A stretch of 58,040 bases of DNA, the filler included, from Sphacelaria rigidula (lineage: Eukaryota), in NCBI GenBank assembly GCA_964200075.2. It is 8 parts of 8 records of this genome, joined end to end, with 100 filler letters (N's around TTAATTAATTAA, not from the genome) between each part and the next. Parts side by side here need not be neighbours in the genome. Positions count along the whole stretch, not along the records: positions 29,073 to 36,239 come from CAXNAA020016163.1; positions 36,340 to 43,506 come from CAXNAA020016164.1; positions 43,607 to 50,773 come from CAXNAA020016165.1; 5 more parts are not named here. One strand, given 5' to 3'. The notes beneath the pieces are model-generated. The model was not told where the DNA came from and did not search any database. It was given only the letters and a program-made list of their open reading frames with translations. The position numbers and the translations under genes were made by a program. Shown here piece by piece: positions 34,681 through 47,037 of the stretch (position 1 is its first letter; every line of letters starts with the position of its first letter).

Positions 34681-36080
34681 CAGTAGGAGTCCCGGTTTAG
34701 CGGTTAACGGTTTAGTGTTTGGTCCCGGTTTGGCGGTTCAAGGTTCGGCTTGCATTATTTAACCCCGGTGTAGCGGTTGTATGACCGCTACACCGGACAG
34801 TTGCCGGTTTAACGGTTATTTAGGGTGGTTTCAGCCAGAATAGCGCTTGTGTGCCCCACAACAGTACAGCGGCAGTGCAGCAGCGGTCGCGGAGCCGCTG
34901 CTGCTGCTGTAAACACACGACACACACAGCTGCTGCTGTAAACACACGATACATACAGCTGCTGTGAATAAACGACACACACAGCTAGCTACACACAGCA
35001 CTGCATGCGGCAGCTACCCGTTGAAATCATGCCGTGCGCGGCATTAGAGTTCTGCGAATTCCAACACGTGACACCAACTGCGCCCGACGGGCATCCGTGT
35101 CGCGGTGGGTGCGGAGGCCGCCTCCACGGCGGTTGCGGCGAGGTGTTGGATCTTGAGGGAAACGAGATGAATCGCATCTGCCAGTCTTGCTCTGAAGGGT
35201 TGGAGTTGGGGTTAGGGTTAGGGTCAACCCTAAGCTAGACCCCGAGGACGTTGGAAGTGCGGGAGAAAAGTTGTCGATGGCGCCACCGCCGTACTCGGAT
35301 ATCTCATCGCTTTCTGGGCAGCTAGAGCAGTACGCCGGGTCGTGTCGTATCGGAAAGGCAGGGTTCCAACTTCGCAAGGCAAATATGTCCTTTCTCGAAG
35401 CGTACGCCTCTAGACCAGCAAGGCAGACAGATAATATGGTCATGTTTTCCAAGTCGTAGTCGATACAGCTCTTCACCCGATACACAAGATTTGATTGACC
35501 ATCTTGCTGTGTTTTGGTTTGCGTAAGTGTAACTCAATGCTTCAAGTCGCACGCTGCGCTCTTGTGTGCCTCGTGTGCAGCAGTACACACGCTGTACTAG
35601 ACGTGTGTTGGCAAGAAGACATGACGTAGCGTACAGTAGAAAGGGGTCTCCGGCAGTTGTGGTGTACACGTATCAGGATGGTGAAATGGTGCGAGCAGGG
35701 GGGGGGAGGGGGCTACAGTTATTTTTTTGTTTTGTTTTTTCTTCAAAGGTACAGTTTACGTTTTGGTCTACGTACGTTTTGGTCTACATTCTCAGTCTCT
35801 TGTGCACTACCGCAGCTGTAATCGTACGAATGGTTCTACTGCCGTAATATTGTCCTGCTGTATACAGCAGTCACACATGAAGCTATAGAAATTACATGTT
35901 ACCAAACGCAAAGCTGCTGCGGAGTTGACGTTTTTTCCCCCTGTTTAGCGGTTGGAACCGCTAAACCAGGACCCGGAATAGCGGTTAAGAACCGCTGAAC
36001 CGGTTCATCGATTGGTCCCGGTTTAGCTTTTTTTTTTTCCCGGTTTGACACTAGGGACGGCTAAACGGGGACCTCTACTG
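34681..36080 (+). mobile_element. pogo/Tigger-like (Tc1-mariner superfamily) internally deleted element, 1400 bp
   Basis: TA-CAGTAGGAGTCCCGGTTTAGC ... GCTAAACGGGGACCTCTACTG-TA (18/21 TIR match); subterminal CGGTTTAG/AACCGC repeats. Confidence 0.85.
35029..35459 (+). pseudogene. Probable transposase remnant: Cys/His-rich N-terminus, telomeric patch, C-terminal tail; no DDE core
   Basis: MPCAALEFCEFQHVTPTAPDGHPCRGGCGGRLHGGCGEVLDLEGNEMNRICQSC, then a TTAGGG-like patch (35196-35233), then ..MAPPPYSDISSLSGQLEQYAGSCRIGKAGFQLRKANMSFLEAYASRPARQTD..*. Confidence 0.6.
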
Positions 36081-36239
36081 TATAGTGATTACTAGACATG
36101 ACGTTTATTCAACGAGAGAAAAATAGGGCAGACTTTTGAGCACAACATGGGAATCTGCCTCTTATTTGGGCGAAATAGTATGATATAACAGCCGATTTTA
36201 TATTTTGGGGTTCATACAAAATATGGGACTGAAGTGGCA

Positions 36240-36339
36240 NNNNNNNNNNNNNNNNNNNNNNNNNNNNNNNNNNNNNNNNNNNNTTAATTAATTAANNNNN
36301 NNNNNNNNNNNNNNNNNNNNNNNNNNNNNNNNNNNNNNN
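36240..36339. other. Artificial contig linker
   Basis: N44-TTAATTAATTAA-N44. Confidence 0.98.
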
Positions 36340-39300
36340 CCATTGACCGCGCATCCCTACAAAGCCTAAATGGAGCACGCCGGGTTTTCGCCGGACCAGG
36401 CTCGCAACCAATCACCAAGCGCGAAGCGCCGTGATGTCTTCGGCGAATCCCATGAAGGGTGAGCTGCATCCTGCTAAGATTGTTCCGCCCAGAGCCTACT
36501 AATTGCCTTGCATTTGAATGACACCCCCCAATGAGTTGTTTCATTTTCTGGTATCGCCATTTCCAGAGACAGCTACGTCTTACACACTGCCTCCTGGGTG
36601 TCTCACCATTCAAACACTACGTAGTACGACCATCTCCTTTGAGTGGAGGTGAGGTTCTCCCACGCTGTGCAGCATGATCTAGCTTGGCTATCATCATGGT
36701 TACCGCAATAACAACGCAAGCGCGCAAAAAGTGGCTTTTTAGGGGGGGGAGGGGGGGGGGGGGAGGTGGGCTGGTACCTTCCACCCACCCCTCTGACACG
36801 TCTAAAATAAGAAAGTGGATGCATTCGTGCTGGAAAACCAAATTTCGTGTACCCTTGACCGTACAGAAGAATGAATTGCATTGGATCACGAATCGGATTA
36901 TGAGGCGCAACCGTTTCTTTGTGCGGCTGAGCTGGTGGTTACAGTTCCCTCCCAGTAACTGTGGTCCCCAAATAGGTGCTTCGCCAGACAAGCGACAAAT
37001 GGATATTTCCTCTACTGCTGCGGATGGTGCTACTTGATTACCCGCCTCCTCCCCCGACGTTGAAGCTGATGATGAACTGGAATGCTCGAACACTCCTATC
37101 TCTCTCCATGAGCTGGAGGCTTCGATGCGCGCGGCAGGAAGGGGAAGGGGGGAGGGGAGGGGGGGGGGAGGGGAGCAGCTACTAGCTGAAGAATGACTTC
37201 AAACTCTGAGGGGGGCAGGAGATTTGCTGTATTCCCGCCCCCCGCCCCAGTATCAGCTTTGCCGAACCCCTTCCTCCCCCCCAAAAAACACCAGTTTCTA
37301 ACGTTCGGGACCTCGGTGTGTGAAATGTCAGTTCATGGGCACTCTCGACCACGGCATACTCATACCCAGCGATTGAAATCCATGAGAGTAAGATTCCTGT
37401 GCCTCTACACTCACTACTGCGTGCAGCCCTCAACAACTTGTTGCGAAAGCACAAACTCAAGTACCCTATTAACTCCTCACCCCACTTGGTACAGTTCACC
37501 AGCTCGCTGCATGGTACTGATGTCTGTACATTGTGCCCAAGTTGCTGCGTTGAAACGTATGGCATGCGTACGTACATACTACTAAGGGGATTGAATAGTG
37601 AATATATCATGCCTACGCACGTAGGTCACCGACGCGGACCGCTTTGGATGTACCAAACGTGAGCCACCCTATCACTTAGTCATCATAATGGTTACACACT
37701 TTGAGAAGGCAATGAATGGTAATAATATTACTGGACACAAAACAAAAAGCAAACACGTTCCTGAGTTTACGTGGCGATTCCTTCTATTTCTTGTGTAGTC
37801 TCAGACCGCGGCCAGAATGAATGATGTTTGCTTTCCTATCAATAAATAGTACTCCGGAGTGCTCATCGAAGGGTGTATGTCCTTTTGATTAATGATTTTC
37901 TTGAATTGTGTATATATGCTGTCGATTATTGAAAATATGTGATGAAAAGTATCCTCTACTGGCGAGGTATCGCCTGAGACTATTCACACACGATTGGATA
38001 TGTGTAACATTTTATTCGTGTATTTGCAGTTGTAGCCACCTGAGGATAGCATGCCTCTCGATGGCAAGGTGAGGAAGACAATTTTTCGAGGTTGCGAGCT
38101 TGCTTTTTGATTGATCACTTTTAGCGTTGGGAAGCTGAGACTTTCTGGACAAGCACTCATCTCCAACAAAACGAGAACTCTATAAACGTACAGGGAAATC
38201 AACCGTACTTACCTGAAATTGATGGAGCTAGCGGGAATGGGGGGGGGGGGGGTTACACGAACCCGGCAACAAAAATATGTTCTTGAACATACTCTGTCAC
38301 TGTTAAACTATGACGGTTACCCCAATCCCAACACCAGGCAGGTCGAGTGCCCCCGGGCAAAAGGGATGTACATGGTGCCGCAGGCGAAGGTTGCCTTGTT
38401 TTGGCTCAAATCGTCGGCTGATGCGTGTTGCGCACGGTGGTGGAAGCATTCGGACCGAGGGGCCTCTAACATCCGAGCATAATCACCCACACTAAAATCA
38501 AGCTTTCAACCGTGCATTTTTGTCGGTGAGTTGGCGTACACTATATTGCCTGCATTGGTGAGGGCAGGGGATGTTGTGAAGAAGCTGCCGCAGTGTAGGT
38601 AGGTTGAGATGTAGAACCACAGCACACCCTTATTGGTGATATGATGTGCGAGGTACTTCTAACGTACTACACTACAATATGCAGCACCCGTACTACAGTA
38701 GCTCGCGTTCTGGAGACTCCCCAAGGTAAGCTCATAATTCTCGGGACCATCCTTCGAGACGAGGTTGCCATACTGAATGTTGGTGAGCGTCTCACCGGCG
38801 TGGGGTAGTTTACGAGAAGGTCGAGAGCAGGAGGTACAGTCTCCTTCTTCTGTACTTCTTTTTGATGACCGAGTATGAGAGACTTTTGTCAGCAAAAATC
38901 TTTCACGTACAGTGAGGTATCTCCTCTCTTGGAGGATCAGCCCGGGGGGAGACGGTCTACACCATAGCAGCATAAGTTGGAGACGCAGGAGGGGGGGGGG
39001 GGGGGGGGGGGGGGTGCCCATGATCTTGCATGCCATAGTCATATGACCGTTGACATCGCATTCCTACAAAGCCGGGACGGAACAAGACGGGAAGCGGGGA
39101 GACACATCGTTTCATGCAAGCATGTCTGATTCCCGTCATTGTTCACGCCGTTGAATGTATTTTCAAGATCTCCAACAACCATCTCAACAACTAATGGCAT
39201 GGCAAAAGGCAGGGTATCACTACAACAGCGATATCTTTTTCCCTCCCTTTTCAATGACGCCCCTAAACCACATGAGCAGCTTTTGTGACGTCATTGTGTA

Positions 39301-39586
39301 CACCGGCCGTGAGTGTGTAGAGAAGAAGTATGGTGATACCGCTGTAATATCACGAGATGTAAGGTACACTGCACTCATCGCACGACTCAACTAGCTGCAC
39401 CTCTTCTTGATTGTACTTACGTATCGCGGTACTATCGGCCAGTGTTTCCACACCACAATTTTTTTTAATATATTTTCCAACTACTACCAGTCTTTTCACT
39501 TATCTCCGTAACAAATATGCAATAACAACACTTGAGGCGTTTTCTATTGAATTCTTCTGACCCCCTCGTACCCTGTCCCCCTCTCA

Positions 39587-39637
39587 GTCTGTCTGTCTGT
39601 CTGTCTGTCTGTCTTTGTCTCTGTCTCTCCGTCTCTC
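39587..39637. repeat. (TCTG)n microsatellite
   Basis: GTCTGTCTGTCTGTCTGTCTGTCT followed by a CT-rich tract. Confidence 0.9.
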
Positions 39638-39785
39638 TATTCTTCTCCGCCCGTAATTATCGACATCCTTGTTGAATACAGTGCACCATACAGTTCTTCT
39701 GGCCGGACTCTGTTCACGATCGATGTTATCTGTTTGGTCCCGAGAATGGCTCTACTGACAAGGCTGTGCACGTTTCCTCTATTTC

Positions 39786-41459
39786 TTATTCTACCGATGG
39801 TCCGCGTGTGGGAGACGTCAACCCTGGGGATGGTGGGTCCCGGGCGGTGCCATGTGGACCCGAAGTTGGACGAAATCCGGGCGGTGGCCGAACGGACGGC
39901 GCCAGGTCCCGTGGCGGACCATCGGGCATGGCGGGGTTCGGCGGAGGGTTGGATTGCACAACCTGGGGCGCGGGAAGCGATGCATCGGGGGCGACGCCAT
40001 GCGCACCCGAATGTGGGCAAGACCCGGATGGTGGTCGCACCGGCAGCGCCACGCTTAGGGGCATACCAACGGGCATGGCAATGACTGGCGGACGATCGGA
40101 CTGCGCCAGCTCAGGTGAGGGAGACAGTGATCGAGGGGCGACGCCGCACAAACCCGAAGGTGGACCAAAACCGGGCGGTGGTGGTACCGACAGCGCCAGG
40201 GCCGCCGACGGATCAATCGGCATGGCAGCGACCGATGGAGGATCGGATTGCGCCAGCTCGGGTGAGGAAGGCGATACTTGAGGGTCAACACCGGTCGTAC
40301 TCGAAGGTGGGCCAAACCCCGGCGGTGGTGTCACTGACAGCGCCAGGTCAAGTGGCGGACCGATTTGTATGACGGGGTCCAGCAGGGGGCCGGACTGCGC
40401 AAGCCCAGGCGGGGATTGGCAAGGGATGCTGCCGCATTCCGTCGACCGGGTAGACTGCGGGATTGTCGCCACAGTGGTGCTCCCCTTACTTCCCGTATCC
40501 CATCTGGGCATGTTCCCATCTCCCCGACTGCTCCCCTGCAGCTGATCTGAGGACAGTTTCGTTGATGCACCATCCTCCCCATCCTTGCCACCGGAACCGA
40601 GTGATGAATGTGAAACAGCTCCACGTATTTCACCGCACCTCGAAGTCGTCGACATCCAATCCGCTACTCTTAAGCTCTCCGTTTCAGAAAGTGAAGACAT
40701 ATCATGGTCAGGATTGTCTTCACATATGTCCAGGGATTGAGCCCCGGTCACAGCGACACTCGTGGCTGGCGAAAGGGGTAGAATCGCTGCATCCGCTGTC
40801 GCGAGAACAGCATCGCCGGAACGGTCATCTACAGCGCGAGGGGGGCGATTTCGCATGGATGGACAGTACCACCTTCCGTAGGCCTCTCGCAGAATTTCCG
40901 GCACCACGGGTTTTGGGGAGTCGCTGCTACTCACGGGCGTATCCGCATCAAGTTCCATCTTGCACCGGAATCGAGTCGCGCCTGCTGGCTCGCTCTTTGG
41001 CCTCGTAACAAAGGGAAAACCTGAATACTTACTGTGGTTGTCACAAGTCGGGTTGCTATTCTGCTCCAGGACCAGGACCGAGGGGTCAGATCCAAGGTGA
41101 TGCAAAACAAATGCCGGGGGAGTGACCGGCGGGATCACCAGCCGTTGTGTATTGTCCTGCATCGGTGATACAAGGTCGAGCCTAGTGTCGTTTGCGTCGA
41201 TCGCACCCTTCGAAACCATTCCACCTCTCGGTGACACTGCAGATGCTGCAAGGTCTTCATCGTCGTGCTTGTCGGTCACTGTCTCTGGAAGGTCAGGACT
41301 ACTGATCGGTGGCGTACCGCTGGCATGCGGCGGACCTGTAGGTGCGGGGGCCGATGTTACCGCCTTAGTCCGGAGTTCCTCCAAGCAGTCACGCAGCTGT
41401 GGGAGTCGCAGTCTATCGGCCGGGTCCGGCTTCAGCGAAGGTCCGAACGCCTCACACAT
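39786..41459 (-). CDS. Long terminal exon: possible kinase C-lobe end followed by a Pro/Ser-rich disordered tail
   Basis: 1.67-kb stop-free frame (part of the 602-aa ORF), after a weak AAG acceptor. Begins MCEAFGPSLKPDPADRLRLPQLRDCLEEL, resembling kinase subdomain XI (L..DP..R). Confidence 0.6.
   Translation of the reverse strand: MCEAFGPSLKPDPADRLRLPQLRDCLEELRTKAVTSAPAPTGPPHASGTPPISSPDLPETVTDKHDDEDLAASAVSPRGGMVSKGAIDANDTRLDLVSPMQDNTQRLVIPPVTPPAFVLHHLGSDPSVLVLEQNSNPTCDNHSKYSGFPFVTRPKSEPAGATRFRCKMELDADTPVSSSDSPKPVVPEILREAYGRWYCPSMRNRPPRAVDDRSGDAVLATADAAILPLSPATSVAVTGAQSLDICEDNPDHDMSSLSETESLRVADWMSTTSRCGEIRGAVSHSSLGSGGKDGEDGASTKLSSDQLQGSSRGDGNMPRWDTGSKGSTTVATIPQSTRSTECGSIPCQSPPGLAQSGPLLDPVIQIGPPLDLALSVTPPPGFGPPSSTTGVDPQVSPSSPELAQSDPPSVAAMPIDPSAALALSVPPPPGFGPPSGLCGVAPRSLSPSPELAQSDRPPVIAMPVGMPLSVALPVRPPSGSCPHSGAHGVAPDASLPAPQVVQSNPPPNPAMPDGPPRDLAPSVRPPPGFRPTSGPHGTARDPPSPGLTSPTRGPSVE
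39820..40410 (-). repeat. Four coding tandem repeats of 147 bp (49 aa)
   Basis: Anchors at 39954, 40101, 40248 and 40395 are exactly 147 bp apart; unit SPELAQSDPPSVAAMPIDPSAALALSVPPPPGFGPPSGLCGVAPRSLSP. Confidence 0.9.
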
Positions 41460-43506
41460 CTTACGTGGAACAATCATGCAAGTAGTGGAAGTAGTGGAAG
41501 GGTACAGAGTGGGTGTTGCGTATTGCGAGGGATAAAAGACGGCAAGGATACGGGTTGTTGGTATCGCGCAATATAGGCATGTTAATACAGTCAATAAAGA
41601 AATACCCAGTGCTGTTACTGTAACATTACCAAAGCGATGGGAATCCTACCAGCCATACACGTCGTCTGAAAGACATCGCTTGGGCCGATGGGCATACTGG
41701 AGAAAAGTATCCCCCGTGGTTGCAACAACTCGGTTTCAGATTTCAAATACCAGGTGGCAGGAACGAGCTACGTCCTCTTACAACAGCGGAGACAACAGGT
41801 TGCTAGAAAAAAGTGCACTGGCTTCTCGGTGTTGCCCTAGAATCCCAAGTGATTCCACAGTTGATGACTCACCCAGTCTCGCACCGCCATAGGCACCTCG
41901 TCGCGAATGTTTGCTGGCACCATCAGCTTGACGCGAACAGCATCGCTCTCCAAATTGCGGTGCGTGACGGCCGGCTGCCCGTTACAGTGAAAATAAAAGG
42001 GATAAGTGGCGACACATTATGCAAAAGTCTCGTCACATTTGTAGATAGTATGCTCGCTTACATTGAGCTTCATCTGAATTTCCTACCAAGAGGATGCTGT
42101 GTGCCCGTTGTAGCGCATGGCAAATCGGACCTGTATCGTTGAAAAACTTTGCGAAAAAGCGTTGTGCGCAACCTATACGCCAACAGTCACCGACTAGCTC
42201 TTACACGTACAGCAGCACGTACAGCACAATGCAGCACACGACGGTTCCTGCCACGAGCACGGTATTGCGGATGAATGCTCGCGGTCGCAAAGGTGTGCAT
42301 CCGTCACCCCCTTCCCTCCGACCCTGGGGGGTGCGAAATTCACCACCACCAGCCGAGCCGCTTCATTTAGACGAAATCGATGGAATCATAAGCAAGAAGC
42401 CTTGGTCAGCGTATGCCATCGGGACGGGACGCGACGCGTGTTTCACGGCGGGGACAACCACCGCTGCCCACCTCGATGGCATCCATGGCTGGGCCGTGCT
42501 GTTGACCGGCCTCGCATAGCTGATTAACGGCCGCCACATCCTCCGCATTCGATGCTTCCTGTATTCCGCAAAGGTTCATTCCGTCAAAAAATCAAACGGG
42601 AGGGCTGTGTGCTCAGAATCGTCACTGGGAAGACTGTATAGCTTTGGATATCTCAGCGGTTTGTGTGTGGACATGGCCCCGCTGCCGCAGGTACACAGGA
42701 ATATACAGCCAATCGACGCACAGATGACGAAGTATGCATGTATACAGCTGCATGAAGAAATGTCCAGCGTAGCAGAGCTTGCAAAAGAAAACGCGGGTAC
42801 GGTGCAGTGTGGGGTATGCAGCAAATGCAGATGAAAATAGTAGGCTGGAAACGAAAACACATCACTGCCTCTCGACATAACGTCGGGCTGTTTACTGGTC
42901 TTCACGAGTGCACGACAGGATTGACCTATGTTTGTTCCCAGAGCATCGTCTTTTGAGGATGCGGCGGTATCTAGCGGTACAGAAAATCAGTGCAGGACTG
43001 TATGGTGTATAGCATTGTCCGATACGTCAAAAGCCATAGTATGAACAATTGCTTCAGAACCCGTGCGCTTTGGAGCGTGAACGCGTCCATCTTATGAATT
43101 CGACATTTTCGGGTGCCCGCTTTGGGTTAAAACAACACCTGGGAAAACCGGCACCGCTATAAAAATAAAAGAAGGCATGTTAAACTGTCCAATGACTGCG
43201 GTGTGTATGAGAATACTTACTCTACACCGGAAACACGACGAGGAATCTCCGAGAGTGAACATAGATGGCTATGCGTTGGAAGAAACATCTCACCGGACAA
43301 AAAAATAAGTTGGAGTATCGCAGATTTCTCTTCAGCAGTAACATTACAGCCACCACACCGGCGGCGAAAAAGTCCGCCTCTTTCCTCGCGGTGCCATCGT
43401 CGAAGCATTCGAGAGGAATATACCCCAGTGTTCCCGTTAGGCATCTTCGAAATTCCCCAATACCTGGAAAGTGGGGGGGTGGGAAAGAGTGCGCCTTAAG
43501 GGGGGG

Positions 43507-43606
43507 NNNNNNNNNNNNNNNNNNNNNNNNNNNNNNNNNNNNNNNNNNNNTTAATTAATTAANNNNNNNNNNNNNNNNNNNNNNNNNNNNNNNNNNNNNN
43601 NNNNNN
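43507..43606. other. Artificial contig linker
   Basis: N44-TTAATTAATTAA-N44. Confidence 0.98.
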
Positions 43607-45260
43607 TAGGGATGCGAGGTCAATGGTCTGATGACTATGGCAAGCATGATCATGAGTACACCCCCCCTCCGCAACACTCGTGGAGATGAAGTTATCTTAA
43701 CCTGTCAGGCAAACGGTACCATGATAAGAAACTAGATCCACTTCGACACACATTCGGGACTTAAGTTTCTCACCTAGGGAAGGGGCGACTCGTGGGGTCC
43801 ACACGTTCAATGTGTGAGCTTGGACATCTGCTTGGTCTGATAATGTCTTGCCTTGCGTGGAGATGGGTATATCCGTGCCCAGCCGAGCCAACCATGCTGA
43901 ATAGCATTCTCCCACAATCTCAGGTGGAAATCTATGTTTGTGGACTGTCGAAGGGTGTTGCCCACTAGTACGAGTTAATATATCAATAATGAGGTCGCTT
44001 GCTCCTGGTGACCAGAACTTCGATTCAACATATCAATCGAGATCAAGGAAGACATCGGCTGCGTTGTCTGTACAGAATAAATAGGCATGACGTACCCCCA
44101 CCAACAGCAAATCTACTTCAGTAATTTGGCGGGGTGGTTAAGAGGAGATGGGGATTATGCGAACTGTTCAAGCGTGGTAGCCAGCAGCAGTGTTGCGCCG
44201 ATAGAAAATAAAACGAATTTCTCGGAACAGAATATGACCTTTCGTGTCGCTGGTACACGCTACTGCATGGCTCTACGACAGGTTCAGCGACATGAGGTAG
44301 TTTGCTGTGGTTATGATGACATGTGAGCGAAGTTTCAGCGACTCGCGGCACCCACAGCGCGCGTGTTGCCGTGTTTCCCGAATCGAGGACCTCTACAGAC
44401 AATACGCACCGGCTTTTCGCATTGATTGTCATCATCCAGCGGGTGTTCCACTTCAGATGAACATTCATTTCTCAGCGCAGCGGCGCCCCACGTGCAGATG
44501 ACGTCAAAATAAGTGTACGAGTAACTTCGCATATGTGGTTGCTGACGGTGCACGCATTTCTGGGCAGCGGGCGGTCGCCGAGAGTGCGTTTTACCGGATT
44601 TCCCGAGTTTTGTAATTAGGGTCCTTCTTGATGTATCCCCCACGGCAAGCGTCGGCGGCGAGGGAACGTGCTGCTTGTGATGTGCCCGAGTGGTGCTCCA
44701 AGTTTCACTTACTCACATGCAGTCCATGTCAAGAAATCCACTTTCAAACATGCGGGAAAAATGCGGGAAAAGACACGGGTCTATCGTGGCACGATACATG
44801 AGGTGGGGTTGCGCTGCATATCCCAGGTACAGGAACGTCTTTGCGGCATGAGCACTTTCCTCGGCAACACGGCACAGCTCGAGAGAGTTGCGCAAGAGAA
44901 CATGACAGCGTGGCTCTAAAGGCTCTGCACCTCGCGCTCCTTGACGCGGTACGGTTGTAGCGGTATCCGCAGAATCGTTTGGTGCAACCCGAGGTGTCGT
45001 GCAGGTGAAAATCTGGAGCAACATTGAGCGTGGGTGTGTCGCGGGACATTTTCTCGCCAGACACGAGGTCCACGACTGCACATCTTTGCTTCACGAGCTG
45101 GACCAGCAGTAAATTCCGCGTTTGCGTCAAATCATAAGTGATCAAATATACTACATCAGCTCGACGTGAGTATATCAGCGTGACCTGAGGACCAACGTGG
45201 TAAAGTACTGCATAATGTAAATGTATCACCTAGCCGGCGGAACAACTAAAAAAAGCAATC

Positions 45261-45308
45261 CGTCGGGACTCGAACTCGTGGCCTCCATAACTGCAGTCAA
45301 GTGCCTTT
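45261..45308 (-). pseudogene. tRNA-Cys(GCA)-like fragment / SINE head
   Basis: Minus strand TTGACTGCAG..GAGG....GTTCGAGTCC resembles the anticodon arm to T-loop of tRNA-Cys. No acceptor stem or D-arm. Confidence 0.3.
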
Positions 45309-46847
45309 CTTGGATGGAAGAAGCACAGCCGTGCCAGACAAAAATTTGGATACTGCGCCAAATTTCTGGAAATTGTGGGCATAATTGAACGAGGACATCT
45401 TGGCACAAGGACGCACAAGTACGCGGGGGATTCCCCCGTATTCCTTTATTTTCACTGAGGGATGACATTTTTCCGGTCTTTGCAGAAACTTTGAATCGCT
45501 CTCCCGCTAACTCCCTGCTTTTTTTATTCCTTGGCATTTCCGGGAAGGTTGTGTGCGGTGATGACAAAAGTGGTATGTTGAAATTTCAGATCCCCACGGT
45601 TCGGATTAGCCCGGCCCGCATACATTCGCAAATAACTGTCACCTGGCCCAGGTCGGACATGTTCTGCGAGGTCGCCGGTGCTTACGGCTCCCCCATTTGA
45701 TCCGGGCCTTTGATCGTAATATGGAAGCGCCTCGAAGGATCAGAAAAGGAAATTGTATGTCAGGATATGTTACGAGGCATCATTGCATTGCCCCGGTGTA
45801 GCCAACGCCCGCCGCCAGGTGCTGCGGTCTCCCAAACAATACAACTTATTCCGAAGAAGACTTACACGAATGCTGCAACTCATGTCTAGGAGACATATGT
45901 GAGCAAGATCACCCCCCCCTACAAAAGTAAGGCGCACAGATACTTGCAATCATGTTCTTCACTGGCATATACGCCGAATCGGGGGAATTTTTTCGGCATG
46001 CTACGCCGCACACCCTCATGTGTGGCAAACATTCCAGTCCGGTCCTATGCCGGACCATGGAGGCGCGGTCCGATCACGCCCGCGGTGGTTGGAAAGGGGA
46101 TTTGCCGTTGAAATATATGCATTATTTCCCCCCCTCGTAGGCACCATGAATGAATACGATATACCCTAGAGGGTACTTCGGAAGTCTACCCTACGTGCTG
46201 CCTTCTCCGTCGCCAGTAAGGACCTGAATCTCAAACATATCTTGACATAGCGCTCAAACCGTAGCCATGACAACAACAACTGCGAGGTGCATTCTAAGAG
46301 GCTGCGCCAGAACGGATTCCGCTCGGGCGTCGATCGATAGCGGGCTATGACGTGCGCCTGCACCCGCATAATCGCACGGCAATGGACACCCAGTAGACCC
46401 TTTGTGGCCGACTTCGTCATAATAGCCGCAAAAACCTACATCCACTACCCTAACCACCGCTTCAAAAAGGGGTGACAAATTCGCTCAGCATAGTGAGGAA
46501 CGAACACCGTACCCAGCCTGGCGCCATGCCGACCTTATGTAGGTCATCCGCGACACCCCTCAGCGCCCATCCTTGCGGTTACCTGACATGAAAGGCACCA
46601 CTGACGGCAAGCACGGGACAGTGCAGTCGAAGGATGGAACGAGTGTTGTCTCGTGCATAAATCTTACATCAGGGGTGTTAGAGAAGAGGAGGGTACAGAG
46701 ATGGTCGGTGTCTCTACCGATGCAATGGCGAATCGAGGATGGAGTTCCCCCGCAACGTAAAAAGACAGGCAGAGTTTTAAGTAGAGAGTTGAGGTCATAC
46801 TCAAGTGATACTCTATACTCGAGTGTCACGGAGAGTGCTGACCCATT

Positions 46848-47037
46848 ATTTGAGTAGAGTATTTGAGGTCGTCCTCGACCTGCTCAAAATCTGAGTAGAG
46901 CATTTGAGGCCGTACTCAACGTACTCGGAATCTGAGTAGAGTATTCGAGGCCGTACACGGCCTACTCGAAATTTGAGTAGAGTATCGGAGGCCGTACTCG
47001 ATTTATTCAAACTTTTAGTAGAGTATCGGAGGCCGGA
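46848..47037 (+). repeat. 41-bp minisatellite, ~5 units
   Basis: (G/T)AGTAGAG anchors at 46852, 46893, 46934, 46975 and 47016; units are internally dyad-symmetric (GAGTAG..CTACTC). Confidence 0.9.

Noticed and set aside
39766..40281. 171-aa Gly-rich ORF on the plus strand
   Set aside because: Antisense shadow of the Pro-rich repeat exon.
41660..42700. Upstream kinase exons
   Set aside because: Only vague motifs (THRNLE, TKAS, LPFDF) with stops and frameshifts; no consistent exon chain.
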